64,000 nucleotides of DNA from Magallana gigas (Eukaryota). Of this stretch, positions 12,718 through 26,675 are shown piece by piece. The notes beneath the pieces are model-generated. The model ran no database searches, was not told where the DNA came from, and saw nothing but the letters and a program-made list of their open reading frames with translations. The stretch is taken from the NCBI RefSeq assembly GCF_963853765.1, contig NC_088857.1, forward strand, positions 40,424,001 to 40,488,000, written 5' to 3'. The number at the start of each line of letters is the position of its first letter. Positions within the stretch are counted from its first letter, which is position 1. A program made the position numbers and the translations under genes.

Positions 12718-14137
12718 TTTTAACCGGGTTTTCCAACGGAAAATTAAAATGGTGAAAATGGCGGGCAGGCGACTGCCAAAAGGGTACCCTCATTGTACAG
12801 ATAACTCCTCCTACAGTTTTCAAGATAGGAAGTTGTTCTTTTGCAGATCAATTGTACATATATCAGAGGTGTGCATATTGCTAGGATTTCCGATAATTCA
12901 TGAAAAAAATACCAGCTTTTGAACTTAGTCATTTTTTGGCAAAATATTGCATATGGGGTACCCTCATTGTACGGATAAATTTTCCTACAGTTCTCAAGTT
13001 AGGAAGTTGTTCTTTTGCAGATCAGTTGTGCTTATATCAGAGGTGTGCATATTGCTAGGATTTTGATTTCTGATAATTTATGAAAAAATACCAGCTTTTG
13101 AACTTAGTCATTTTTTGGCAAAATATTGCATGTGGGGTACCCTCATTGTACGGATAAGAATTCCTACAGTTTTCAAGATAGGAAGTTGTTCTCTTGCAGA
13201 TCAATTGTACATATATCAGAGGTGTGCATATTGCTAGGATTTTGATTTCTGATAATTTATGAAAAAAAATACTAGCTTTTGAACTTAGTCATTTTTTGGC
13301 AAAATATTGCATATAGGGTACCCTCATTGTACGGATAAGTTTTCCTACCGTTTTCAAGATAAGAAGTTGTTCTCTTGCAGATCAATTGTACTTATATTAG
13401 AAGTGTGCATATTGCTAGGATTTTGATTTCCGATAATTTGTGAAAAAAATACCAGCTTTTGAACTTAGTCATTTTTTGGCAAAATATTGCATATAGGGTA
13501 CCCTCATTGTACGGATAAGTTTTCCTACCGTTTTCAAGATAAGAAGTTGTTCTCTTGCAGATCAATTGTACTTATATTAGAAGTGTGCATATTGCTAGGA
13601 TTTTGATTTCCGATAATTTTTGAAAAAAATACCAGCTTTTGAACTTAGTCATTTTTTGGCAAAATATTGCATATAGGGTACCCTCATTGTACGGATAAGT
13701 ATTCCTACAGTTTTCAAGATAAGAAGTTGTTCTCTTGCAGATCAATTGTACTTATATTAGAAGTGTGCATATTGCTAGGATTTTGATTTCCGATAATTTT
13801 TGAAAAAAATACCAGCTTTTGAACTTAGTCATTTTTTGGCAAAATATTGCATATAGGGTACCCTCATTGTACGGATAAGTATTCCTACAGTTTTCAAGAT
13901 AAGAAGTTGTTCTCTTGCAGATCAATTGTACTTATATTAGAAGTGTGCATATTGCTAGGATTTTGATTTCCGATAATTTTTGAAAAAAATACCAGCTTTT
14001 GAACTTAGTCATTTTTTGGCAAAATATTGCTTATAGGGTACTCCATTTCACTGGATACGGGTTGACATGGATTATAGATACAGTTCACATAAAAGAAAAC
14101 CCAGTTTGCTGTCACATTGACAGCTTTTCACTTGTTT
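12718..14137 (+). mobile_element. Non-autonomous Helentron/HINE-type element with a 180-bp tandem array (7 full units)
   Basis: GGGTACCCTCATTGTAC units start at ~12783, 12957, 13136, 13317, 13497, 13677 and 13857. The left end ACCGGGTTTTC pairs with the right GAAAACCCAGT, followed by hairpin GCTGTCACATTGACAGC and a T-rich terminus. Confidence 0.8.
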
Positions 14138-15938
14138 ATGATTTAAACTAAAAAGTTACCAGTAGTTTGATATCTTAGTTTTGCTCCAATATATTGGTTT
14201 TTAGCTAGACAATTAAAATCAGATATATTAATGAAAAATACAATAAAATATGATATTTTTCTTGTGGGAAGAAAAAGCAGTTATTTTCAAATAAGTTGAA
14301 AATGATTTATATACATGTAAACCTAATGATTCCAACTCAAAATCTCTTGCAAAGCTTCTATTTTATGTTTATTTTACTGAATTTCAGGTCAGGTAATGTG
14401 TTCATTTCAATGATCTTATTATATTAATTCATATAATTATATATGTATATATGAGGGTACCACTAGCTTGGTTGTATTGCTTGGTCCTGGAAAGGTAAAA
14501 AATATCATTATTGTGTTACATTTCTTTGTTTTTTTTATAATGGGGATAATATTGATGGTTGCATCTCTAGTCATTGTTGACTTTGATATAAAAAAATGAA
14601 TATCATAAGAATTTGTGTTTATTCCTGTTTACTTTTGCAATCATTTTTGAGAATTAAAAGTTTTTTTTATATTCAAAAGTACTGTGCAAATTTGTGTAGT
14701 CACACTTAGTTGTTTTTAAAATAAAATGAATATAATTATGATCATATACAGTGTATGTATTCTTTTTTACAGTTCTGCTAACCAGATTGAATTTTTTTTC
14801 TAATTAAAAATTTGGTCTTTAGTTGTAAAGAAAGCTTTAAAAGCACCCCTTTTGGCTAACCAAAAAAGCCATAAGATTAATATTTATACCACATGCACAT
14901 ATGCATGTATTGCAATTACATCTAATTAGGAAGTGTTCTAGTGATGTTAAGCATGTGTATTCCTGTATATCCAAGAAGTTAACTTATATTTTGTGGTATC
15001 TTGAATTCACATGAATAAAATTATGAAATCAATAAACAGACATATTGTTAAGAAATCAAAGGGAAGGAGTGTAACTTTTATTTTATATTGATGTTAATTA
15101 GAGAGAATTTTATTTTGGCAAGTTAGTATTCTTGCAAAATAGCTTTTTACAAAATTTTCACCTACAAGAAGTACTTTGAAGTATAAAGTATTTTTTAAAT
15201 TTTTAATCTTATTTAAGTTTGTTATACATGTACTAGTATTAAGTATTAAGCTTCAAACCTCGTTCTAAAGATTCCACTAGTACTAGTTTCTGCTATTACG
15301 AAAAAAACAGTTTAATAGTTAACTTTTTATCAGTGTTCATGGCATTATGAACTGTAAGTGATCTTCTAATGTACTGCATGGAATATATCAGCAGAGCATT
15401 AGTTGTACATAAAGCCATCGTGTTCACAAAACACGTTATGTATTGGCTAGCTATTCACTGACCTTCTTGCTCCTCTAACATTTTTTTATGACAAATTATT
15501 TGAAATCATTTTACCTTTATGTGTGGTTGAATGTTGATTACTAGTATATTCGGATGAATAATCAACTTTTCCATGTAAAATTAGTCAAACCAGCGCAGAA
15601 AAAAACCAAAATGAAGTCAATAATCTAGGAGTAGAGCGTTTAAAATATTTTATTTGAGCGAAATGTGGTACAGACTGGATCGTTGTGAAATAAAATGCAG
15701 ATTTGATGCCTGGATATTGCTATTGCCCTTTTTTGATAGATGATTTTTTAGTGAAACAAATATTGCTGAACATGAAAATAAATGTAATCATTTTATGACG
15801 AAATGTATATGTTATAACTGTATTGTAATGCATGCATTCGTAGGACACCAAAGTTGTTACAATTCAAGGTGTTATATAAATCGTCTGCAAGCAAGTGTAC
15901 ACATTTACTGTAAACGGCCTTCATTAGTTTGAGTGCAG

Positions 15939-17527
15939 TTATTCAATAACGACACCAATGCGGCTGGATCCAGTGATTCTAGTTCTGATCTGGTCTGCGA
16001 GGTACGCTAGTGCAACGAAGACAACGGCAGCCCCAAGACCAGACACGAGTGAAAAGGTGACAGAGGTAATAGACGATGCTATGTATGGATCGTGCATCAT
16101 CCGGCTTAATGTTGGTCCATTCTCCCTTAAAGCAGTTCCATCACACCCAGCGTCTTTGCTTGTATTACACAGATATACGTGCCAGAGCGCCGGATGTGGA
16201 TAAAATCGTGGAAGGCTAAATCTACAAAATAAGTAGCCGGAAAAAGTTGTCTTGTTCGAATATTTTCTACGTAATTCCTTTATAGTTGTTTGATTATCGG
16301 AATTATAGTAAGCAATCGTGGCGCTTGAGAACCGTTCTTCCTCTATATCGATTGTTTGGTTTGCAATATTTGCTGCTTTAAAGATCGAATCATTTAAAGA
16401 AAAACGAAGGTGTTCAGGAAAACAGATATTCATTATTTCAATAGAAAACACACTTTTATGCAAGTATTTATGTACTGGAATGACGGGTTTTGTTCTAGAT
16501 GTAGATTCAGAAAGTTGCACGATTAAAAGTTTCTGAAATACTAAAACAGGCTTTGAAAAATGAAGAAGACACGGATAGGTTTGGTTGTCTGGTAAAGAGA
16601 GCAAGACTGGAAAATCCTGGTAAACGTCCATATGTACTTCCTTGGCTGAAGTTATCACACTCAATGTTGTATTGTTGTCACCTAAAAAAGAGAGATGAAA
16701 CTTTAAAAGTTCACGTACATATGCAAACAATATCGGTAAAACAATCTATTTAGTGTTTCTTACCCCAAATGTTGATGGGGCCCACGTCATCAATAAGAAA
16801 TCTTTGGCCCCACTTATCACTCGGCCACTGAACCGAAACAAATTCTCCGTCTTTGTCCATTGCTCCCATAGCAACGAACAAAGCTTTACTACCATTGATG
16901 ATGATTCCAGAAAGATCAAATCTGCAACGCACAAACACAGATTCCCCTTCAGTCAGATCAAACTGGAAGACGTCGCCCTGATGTAACCATGTCTTGTGGA
17001 AAGATGGAGAGAACCTTTTTACATGTGCAGAGTCCAAGTAAACCGAGGTTGAATCCATTGGAGCAGATATCACAAACCACGACTCAGAAGAATGGACGGT
17101 TTCGTCCCAATACGTCATTAAAGTGTAGCTTTTACCAAGATTTTGAACAGGAGGAACTATAAAGCTGCTTTTCTGTATTTCAACGTAAAGAACCACGGAG
17201 AAAGACGTTTCTACTGTTGTACCTACCAAATTCAAAATATACATCATTTGTATAAAATATGTACATATGTGTGCTAGAGAAACGATTCTGAATTTCAGTG
17301 ATATCGTAAATGTGTCATACCTAAATATGAATCGGTAGTGTTCCATGTACATTTCTGGCTCTTTATCGACACACGTGATGTTTCCCTGCCGTTAACGAGG
17401 AACTCTTCTATCAAGGAACCGGTAGTGACGACAACAACCATGTCGGCAGCCATTGGTTTCAGGGGTACCACCAATAATGAAACATGCTTCTCGTTGCAAA
17501 ACGGAACGGAAAAGAAGAACTTGCTTC
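15939..17527 (-). CDS. IgGFc-binding (FCGBP N-terminal-like) domain single-pass membrane protein; exons 17321-17527, 16764-17222, 15939-16681 (~469 aa); first/signal exon not resolved
   Basis: Three GT-AG exons join in phase 1 without stops. Motifs PPVQNLGKSY...WFVISAPMDSTSV...LHQGDVFQF...DLSGIIINGSKALFV...QWPSDKWGQRF resemble IgGFc_binding. C-terminal TM SITSVTFSLVSGLGAAVVFVALAYL with a short tail. The domain call is from motif recognition only. Confidence 0.7.
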
Positions 17528-18251
17528 CTGCGAAAATAATTTCTGATAAATAGTTGGTAAATATCAATTATAATTGGCATTTCCTGCTTTTGCCTCATTC
17601 ATATTTTTGGACAACATTCAATCGTAAAGTATTCCACGAGGAGGAAAGGGAAGTCACAGATGGAGAGAAAGGAGACGTAATTAAAATACATTAAATATGG
17701 TGGTGGAGGTCTCGGCTGCAATTACTTGGTATGAAGTGATGCGGGTGAATGGGGGAAGAAGTACATTTACAGTGTATTATATACAGCCCCCCCCCCCCAA
17801 CAGATGTACGAATCCCTGTTACTACTCCCACCCCCACCCCCCCCCCACCCCCCCCCCCCCCAAAAAAAAATAACAGGAGAAACAATCTAAAACGAAGAGG
17901 CGACACGATACGTACATGTATCCATCAAATAGGGTAGAGAGTGGTAACGTAAAAGAGAAAGATACAAAGACTAAGTAGACATTGCATCATGTCTTACAAT
18001 CAAACAAAAAGAATGATGATACCCATGTAAAGACGATTAATAACCTAAATAAATGACCCCCCCCCCCCCAACAAAAAAACCCATTTCAATAAATGACAAA
18101 AATACATTGCGAAATATAAGCACCTTGCTCACTTATAAAAGATTAATGTTGATGAATTAGCTACCAAAAAATAATTACACTTCCGCAGTTCGGAACATCA
18201 ACTTTCTATCCATGTTCGCATGAGAAAGTGTTGTCATATATTGGACTTGTG

Positions 18252-18460
18252 TACTGTGGTTTCATCAACATTCGTGAGCATCAATTTTTATCAATTTCGT
18301 GAAAGTCACAGAATCGAAAACGTAAGTCGTGCACAATGGTCTTTAAAAGTGAGCTTATGTACTGTAATACTCGTATTTCTTACTTCGTTGATCATTTTCG
18401 ATTCAACATCGAAATCCTCTTAAATTGGTGTTCAACGAATAATGGTGAAAAACCACGGTA
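18252..18460. mobile_element. MITE, same family as 8220-8431 (more diverged)
   Basis: TACTGTGGTTTCATCAA ... GAAAAACCACGGTA termini; internal similarity to the 8.2-kb copy (AATTGGT(G/A)TTCAACGAAT). Confidence 0.75.
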
Positions 18461-21400
18461 CACGTACCTTTATGTTAATATTAACATCCATGCACTTTTC
18501 TTTTCTATTTCTTAAGAAAACCGATTATGGATTATGTTCATAGCTGTATAGAAACTGAAAAGGCTGAAAGTTACACGATCCAGTTTATCGATCGGTCGAA
18601 ACCTTCAGCAACCAAAATAAATCACGGACTGCACGAAATAATCATGATGTCAGACGCAAACTCACATAAAAAGTGACTTGACTATTACTTTTTTCGAACG
18701 TACTGGTGTACATGAACAATAATATTGTGAGATGTACTCTATAGTCTACCTACTTTTTTATGATTAATTCAATAATTTATTAAAAGAGAGATGTATCTAG
18801 ATAAACAAACGCTTTCTTTGATAATTCATGCGGGCTATAAAGGTAGGGATTATTGCAGAAAAAAATTAACAAAACCCGCTAACGTTGTTTTTTTTGGTGG
18901 TTTTTTTTTTTTTTTTTCAATGTCGCTACCTTCATATCCTGCATGAATCACCAAAGAAAGCATTTTTTTTTTGTTTAAATAGAAAAAATATTACAAATCA
19001 AGGGTGTATGTAGTTACTTAGTGACCTTTTTTTCTAAACTTACCAATAGCAATCCCAAAGAAAACAGAAAATCCCAAATCTATAAGGAAAAACATTAATA
19101 AAGCACATTAAAGAATCAGAAATGGCCATTTAATGCAAAACGATAAACTTAATCAACGTGTTACAAAAATAATATCAAAAACAGAATGTTTTGAAAGTAA
19201 CTCACACTTTAAGATAACGGCCATCTTTCTCCAAGTTCTACAACAAATTTTCGAGCAGCCATACTTTGCATGCAGACAATCATCTTTTTACTGTAAAAAA
19301 TGCAGTCAATTAGATTAATTACTTATCGCACAAAAAGCTGCGCCCAATTGTAGCAATTAATCAGGGAAGTCAAAAAGTAACCCCAACCCCTTCTAAAAAT
19401 CTGCGTGATGTTGCATATAGATGGAAAAGAAACATTTCAATGTGATGCGTATGTTTTAAAGACACGATAAAATAGAGTAAACTTATCATCATGGTCATTA
19501 TAATTTGTAAATAGGATTGTTTTATGATGAATAATCTGTTCTGTATACACGTATAAGCTAACTTAATCTGCTTAAGATTATATTTCCTTTACTCACCAAA
19601 CTGAGTTAATTAATTAAGATCGTTCGTTCGATAAATTGAGCGAAAATAAGGCATTGCAGATCATTTCTACGATAAATCGAAGGAAAGGAAGAACTATTCC
19701 GTGTGTCCGTAAGATTTTCTGTGGTATCCCTAAACAAGCTTTGTATTTGGGAAGACCAACACACAAGATAAAAGATAATTGATTTAAGAAAGTGAGGTAT
19801 CGCTTGGATTGGCATTATGTTAAATCCACGTTGCACATTACTTTAATAGTTTTATAAAAGTTTTTTGAAGTCTCAATACATGGTCATGAAAGGAACAAAC
19901 AAGTCGGAAAACTCTTTTGGCTTTTTCAATTACTAGTATTGACTTAATTTATATTAACTGTATGATTTAACTTTTTTTAATCTTTTTTTTTTAAGAATAG
20001 ACACCGTCTTTTCCATATGATTTAACCTTTTTAATTTTGTTGTTGAAAGAATAGATACTGACTTTTCCAAATCCAGACACATTAGACGAGAGAAAGCATT
20101 AGAAATAAACATAATTGCTCTAATGCTTTAAATTAGTAATAAGAATAATACATTTAATTAAAAAGAGTCCACCCTCATTGATCTAGGGGAAATTAGTCGT
20201 TATTATTATCCAGGAAATCGATAAATTTGATTAAGCTAACATCTTACGTTCTGAGACCGCTAGTGTCAATAGTGTTAAAAGTTCATCAGGAAATATCTGT
20301 TACAACCAAAACAGGGATTTCTCAGTGGTATTGACTATAGGCCTTCCGTCAAATAGACTTTACAAATAAAAGATAAACATGGAAAAACCGTGAGAATTTA
20401 TGTTTTACCCAATAAGGATATTCAACCGCCAGTATATTGTGAAGTCGTAGGTTATGGTTTTGGACGATTGTTGCATAAGTATATTGCCATTTTCTTGCCG
20501 TGAATTTGTTTTCAATGTATAAAGTTTTGATTTTATTTTTATCAAAGTCTGACCTTTTTGTAATTACTATTGTTTGTTTCTTGGTTTCAAAATACTTTTA
20601 ATATTTTGAAAATTTTGATACATATATTTATATCCACTGAGTGTACCAAGATGACAAAAACTCTTAAAATATGTTACTAATTGTTGCTCTTAAACATCTT
20701 CATCAACTATGTGCAGGTGAAGTGTCGCCAGTTTTACATGTAAATGTCAAAGTTTTGCACCAAGCATTGCCTGCAACGTTTTAAGTACCTAAGAGGTGTA
20801 GCTACATGTATGTACGGTCTCTGTCAGCGCGGACTCAGTGCTGGGGCAGGTGCAAGACTACAGTCCTCGGCAAAAATCTCCCTTGAAATGTACCAAGTAA
20901 AGCACTGAGTGATTTTATCAATCTAATAAATTTCATTTTCTACGACAAGCAAAGCTCATTACCCTCTTTGTTCCTCTTTGTTGGGACTGACACCCAGTGT
21001 ACGTGTTATTACGGTCATCTTTCTTTGCATGTTGTAGAGAATTTTTTCCCACACAATGTGTTTAAAGGATTGGAAAACCAGATGTGCCTTTGGGTGTTTC
21101 GAATTTTTTTTAGTATTGTATGGCAATGAAAAAGATGTTTTAATAAAGTTATGAAATCTAAACATCTGCGACTTTAATTAAGGTATATGCATGTACGCGT
21201 TGTCAAGGGCAAATAGTCCATATACCATTCAGAAAATCCGTCTTCATTGTACTGCGTTCTACATATCTTGTCCAATCAAAGCACAGAGTGGAACCCAATT
21301 TACTATTAATTTACTTTTACTTTAATGAGATAATCAGAAAGTAATTAATTAATCGTTTGAATCATCACGCACCTGAACATTAAAATTATTCTTGTAATGC

Positions 21401-24400
21401 TGTTTTATGCGGGTTTATATATGTATGGGGAGCAAGCAATGCAAAATAGCTACATTGTATACGACTACAATTGAAATTTTAAGAATTAGACGAGAAAATA
21501 CTGCGTGGATGAAATTTATGGCAATGAAATAAAAACAAACAAAGATTGTTACATTCTAAACTAATTTATCAAATTAATGCGCATTTTTTTCAGCTTTTCT
21601 TGGAGACTGATAATTGGTTATCTAAAACTATGTTTACACAATTTTAGCTCAAAAGACGAATTTTGCGACATGAAAGGACTATCTAGTTTGTTATTGCAAT
21701 GATATGCTTCTAATAATCAAGAAAAGATCAAAATATCGAATCCATTAGGTATATTTGGTTAATATCAGAGTTACTGTGTAAGGCAAAATTCCAAAAAAAA
21801 AGATGAAGTTGTAAGCTATTTAAAGACATCAGAAAGCAATCAAATACAAACAGGAATCGAATTATCCATTTTTTTAAAAATCAGACTATGGATGATAAGA
21901 TATACATATAGTGAGACACCTCTTATCTATCAAATGCACTATTTCCAGAATGTTAAAGGTTGAATACTTAGAGGCTAACGAGCTAGGCAGAGGTTACAGC
22001 CTTATGATTAAGGCTCCTTTTCATACTCAAAGCAAACTTGATTGTACTCACGCTATTGGCATTGCTCTAAAGACACGAGATGTCGACGAGATGCGATACT
22101 GAAGCTGAAGTATACGGAGATATCAATTATTCAAAGTTATTATTTGATCTACCTGTCTAATGTATATACTTTTATTGGCAATTTCTTGATCTTACAAGCT
22201 AATCAGTCGCTATTCAGAACGATAAAGCAATTTTGTGAGCGGAGATGGTGTTGATGAGATGGCTTATTTATTGCAGAGTTTAGTGCCATATATGATTATA
22301 TATCGCCCTTCGTGTACTTTGCTTTCGAGAAGTAATTTGTAACTTTTGCACACTGGTGTAATAATGGTATTATTTCTCACCCTTACAGATTAGTGTAATA
22401 ATCACTTGTTGTGATTCTGAACTCATTAGTTTGTTACATATTCTGCTGGATTCATATACTTGAAATTCGTATCACTTGAAATTCGTATCGACGAAATCGA
22501 CAGAAAAGAGGCTAGAGTTCAATAGGACCGTACAAGAACGCTTACTTCGATGGGATCGGACGAGAGCATAAACTGAAAGCCAACTTTTTCAGCAATATCA
22601 TGTGCTGGTTTTTTTTGCAAATTGTTTAAACCGAAGTGGTCCGTGACGAAAATTAACCCATTTCTTTATGCTTAAAATAACATTTACATGTTGGGGTGTC
22701 ATATATCTCGTTTGTAACTACTAAAGTATTGTTTAACATTACAAGTCTTTCTTTGGTGTTCCTTACATACATGCACTTTTAAAGACTTTAATTCGATCGT
22801 CGTACAATGAACCTACACGTAATATGTTGCGATTAAAAAAAATATCTAATTGTTTGTTTGTGAATTCATGAGAACTTGCGACTTTTTACTACTGAAGAAT
22901 ATACCGGAACCGCAGATAACGGAAATGGGATTTTTGAAAATTGGTAAATCAATGTTTTTGGTGTTCTGTTCGATTTTCGAACATCTGACAAATACAACTG
23001 AAATGTGTTCGTGTAATGCAATAATAGGCCGGAAAATGACGTGAAAATCCCCTGGTGTACTTATATCTTGTAAAATGTCCCCTTAACATACGTGTTGTCG
23101 TTTTAAAGCAAACGTCCAGTCCATTTATGAAACTTAAAGCTTAATGTTTCAGTCATAGGATGTCATTGACAAGATGTTTTTGCACACCACTCTACTTCCG
23201 GTGATTGTAGTAATACTTTTTTGAAACGCATGCAGGGACCTGATCCGTAAAAAGGCGTTTATTTTACAGGATATCTTGCTTCTTCATCCGGATAAAAAAA
23301 ATAGTCATTCGGGCTCGTTAAAAAACAGCTTCTTTATCAAATTCTGATGAACAAAATTAATAGATATTCAACAAAAGTGATAAGATTTTTCTGACTGCGG
23401 TTGAATTTTGACTCAAAATTTGATGTACCAAAAATTGGTTTTCAGAGTGTCTAGCAGTACTTTTTCACGTTGACGAAGAAATGAAGAACAGTATTGATAC
23501 AAAAAAAATGCCTGCCCTCCGAACAGTTGTTATAAAAATGTATGAAGTACTGGCGTGCTTTTGGGCAATCATCCCTTATGTTCAGAACTATTCCTAGTAT
23601 AATGCACTTTTTAACTGTCGTCAGATAAGCTATATATGGTGTCTTAAGGCATCGAACAGACCTAATTATTTCTTGCCAATATTTAGAGTGCCACTGAAAG
23701 AAAGGGGTATAAGTTTATAGATATAGGTAAATAAACGTCCTGATAAGATGAATGTATGCAATATCCACAGCAATGAATTAATTTGCGATGTTACCTAACG
23801 AATAGGATTGCCCTAGCGGTACAGTCATCCGATTCTTTGGAAGTACATTTGTGATTATATCGGATTTAGCATCACAACATCACAACATGCCTTAAACAGG
23901 GTCATCGATCAGGTAATTCAGAACGGAACAGTTTTACTATTGAATAGGATAACAAACATTATTCATATACAGAATCATAAAAAGGGGAATTCTTTGGTGG
24001 GTCACATACTGGGTTCGAAGTTGTGGACATATCGGGGGAAAATACTTAACCTGCGACATTACTTTTTAGGTATTTTAGGTATTTGAAGAAACAAAAAAAA
24101 ATATTTGTTACATAGAAAACAAATTTTATCGCTATAAAGGTTGAATTTTCCCGCTGGTAATTTGGAGTCTTGTTCGTATGCGGCCAAATTAAAATTTGCC
24201 AAAATTATCATCCATTAAACTTTTGTTATCCAATTTTTCATTTTTCAGTGGATGCATATGTAAACAAGTATTTGAACGATATAATCACTCTATTTCACTT
24301 TTTAAAATATATTTTCTTTGCAATTTTGAAAAAGTTCAGCATTTTGGGGATATTGTCTCATATTTTTCACTCACGTTGCAACGTGATGCTTTTGCGGGAG

Positions 24401-26137
24401 CTTGTGATTTTGTAGCATTAGTAAAGCAACTGAGCTGTGAAAGGTATTTAATTTGTTTTGCCTTTAGGGAATTCTAGTCATTTTATATCCTCTTAACTGT
24501 GTATTTTTTTATGTTCTTCGTCAAATAGATTATTTTTTTTAGATTTTCAATACATTGAATTCGGTAAAACACGTCACTTGCAACGTTTTGAAGAGTTAAT
24601 ATATCTGAGTAAGCTATTTTTTAAAAAAAATTGTGTGAAGTGTGCTTTTAGATAATGTTTGGTTTTTATGTTATAATCTGTTGTTTGCTTGTGTAACAAG
24701 GGGAAAAAATTAATATCGAAAAAGCCTAAAGAATATAGTTATTACTTGAAATCCTTTATTGGCTAGGATACCAATTTACAAATTTCTGTGCGGTAATAAG
24801 AATCAATTTAAGTGCGTTGTGCATTTCTGCTTGGTGTAAATTTCACATCTGTTAAAGCTTTATTTGTATTAATTCTGTACGAAAATTGACCCTTAATCCC
24901 CTACCTCCCACCTAGACCTAACACAGAAAATCTTTGATTGGTGGCGTTTAAATCTAAAGAGCAAACCCCTTCCTTATTAAGTTGACCTCCAGTCAGTTTA
25001 TATATCAAACCATTATGGGTAACCACTTAATTCAACCGATCCCTGTTCTTTTTAGATAGACAACTGAAGTGCTTTTTTATGGGAAAATTACACAAAATTG
25101 GACTTATTTGTCACCACAATTTTTTCCTGCGACAAATAAACGCTGGACTCTTCTTACGGTATACTATATTCATAAGCTGATTCATTTTGAGATGCTAAAA
25201 CTGTAAGATATGTAGGCTAAAAGATTCATTGACAAACCATTACCAAGTTATTTCAGCCTTGTCTGGGAGCTATTTAAGATTTGACTACGATGTGCTGTAA
25301 ACTTTATGATAATATGTGAGTTTATCGATAAGATAACGATGCTATATATTTTTAATGAACTTTTCTCGATGTATGAAATGCATAAAAATGCATTAAAAAT
25401 CGTAAATAAATAGCTTCAGGCATAGTATAAAAACTATGTAATATGTAAAATATTATTTTAGGCGAAAGCGCTAAATTGTTAACTCAAGAAAGTAAAATGA
25501 ATTTGGAAGACTTGAGACAACTATGAAATCAATGTAAAAATTAAGAATTTTGTTTATGACTTGTAACGAACATGTTTTTTTTTTTAATTGAATCACTCTG
25601 AAAGAACCGTTTTAATGTGAACACAAACCATTAAGACCAAGCTTATAACATCTAAATAACTTGAGACATTTATTGTTTATTCTATGAATACCCGGAAAAA
25701 CCATGCTTTGACTACACCTCAGTGTTTCTTTCTTTTCTACTTTTGTTTTCATACTGCAGGTCTCATGCAAAGAATAGATCAGTAATACGTACCTGTTAGC
25801 TTACATATATTAGAGCATAGATTTGTTCATTTTTATTTTAACCCTAGAGGTTGATAAAATCACTTTTAAGAGATACATTGTATAAGAGTTAGACAATTTT
25901 CGATTTCTCTGAATTCAGACAAAGAAAAAAGCGATTTTTTTTCATAAGTCTCGAAAATTTACCTTCCTTGGTGGCTTTTATGAATTGAATTCTATATTTC
26001 TATATTCAAAGAATGTTTTTTATCGATCTTACTTCCTTAACAAATCTTCCAATGATAATTTAGTATAATCTTTGAAGTCACCAGATATTGCGTGTCCAAG
26101 GGGATTCTGCTACTGAAAATAATCGACCATTCCATCA

Positions 26138-26220
26138 TATAAAAACTTGACACCTCTCTTTGGAGCTCACATTCCAGGAGACAGTCTAGTATATACTTTC
26201 TCATTTCAGTAGTTTTACAG
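26138..26220 (+). promoter_or_regulatory. TATA box and putative non-coding first exon of the small secreted-protein gene
   Basis: TATAAAAA at 26138-26145; strong donor CAG|GTAAGT at 26220/26221; next acceptor TTACAG at 26661, followed by GCCATG. Confidence 0.5.
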
Positions 26221-26675
26221 GTAAGTTCAATTTAAATTTCATTTTTTTTTTGTTCAAAAGAGTCCACTATTTTGGTGATGTCTACCAAGTCCTGTATATG
26301 TATTCCTAATATGGAAACAGTTCTGTATGTCGTTTACTCTGTACGTTTCTGTTCAGTCTTATTGTCAGATATATTGGAATTAAATCAAATTTTAAAATTC
26401 CATTTTAAAAATTTTGAAATGTGAGTTGTTTTTTTTTTAATTTGGGAGGGGGGACGGTGAAGCTTTAATGGTTTTGAGATTTAATCTTTTAGTAATAATT
26501 CTTTTTTTTTCCTATTTATGTATTGACTTTTTTATTTATTTATCTTTTTATTTATCTTTTTATTTATTTATGAGAGTTTGCAATGTTATTATATCATAGT
26601 GCAAGAATTACTGTTGAATTCACTTTGAATGTTTAGAATTCTTTCATTGCCTTAATTACAGGAATTATCTAGGCC

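Noticed and set aside
17691-18070. ORFs 17691-17906 and 17749-17937 (poly-Gly/poly-Pro), and MMQCLLSLCIFLFYVTTLYPI as the IgGFc gene's signal exon
   Set aside because: The ORFs derive from poly-C runs. The hydrophobic peptide ends in a stop and has no phase-1 donor to join 17527.
20700-20935. Cys-rich GC-richer patch followed by AATAAA as a defensin/macin gene
   Set aside because: The Cys residues are scattered over different frames separated by stops, with no signal exon or recognisable Cys spacing.
22860-23620. Coding-like minus-strand segments (DDCPKARQYF..., PIIALHEHISVVFV)
   Set aside because: Multiple stops in all frames and no recognisable motif; at best an unidentifiable decayed fragment.
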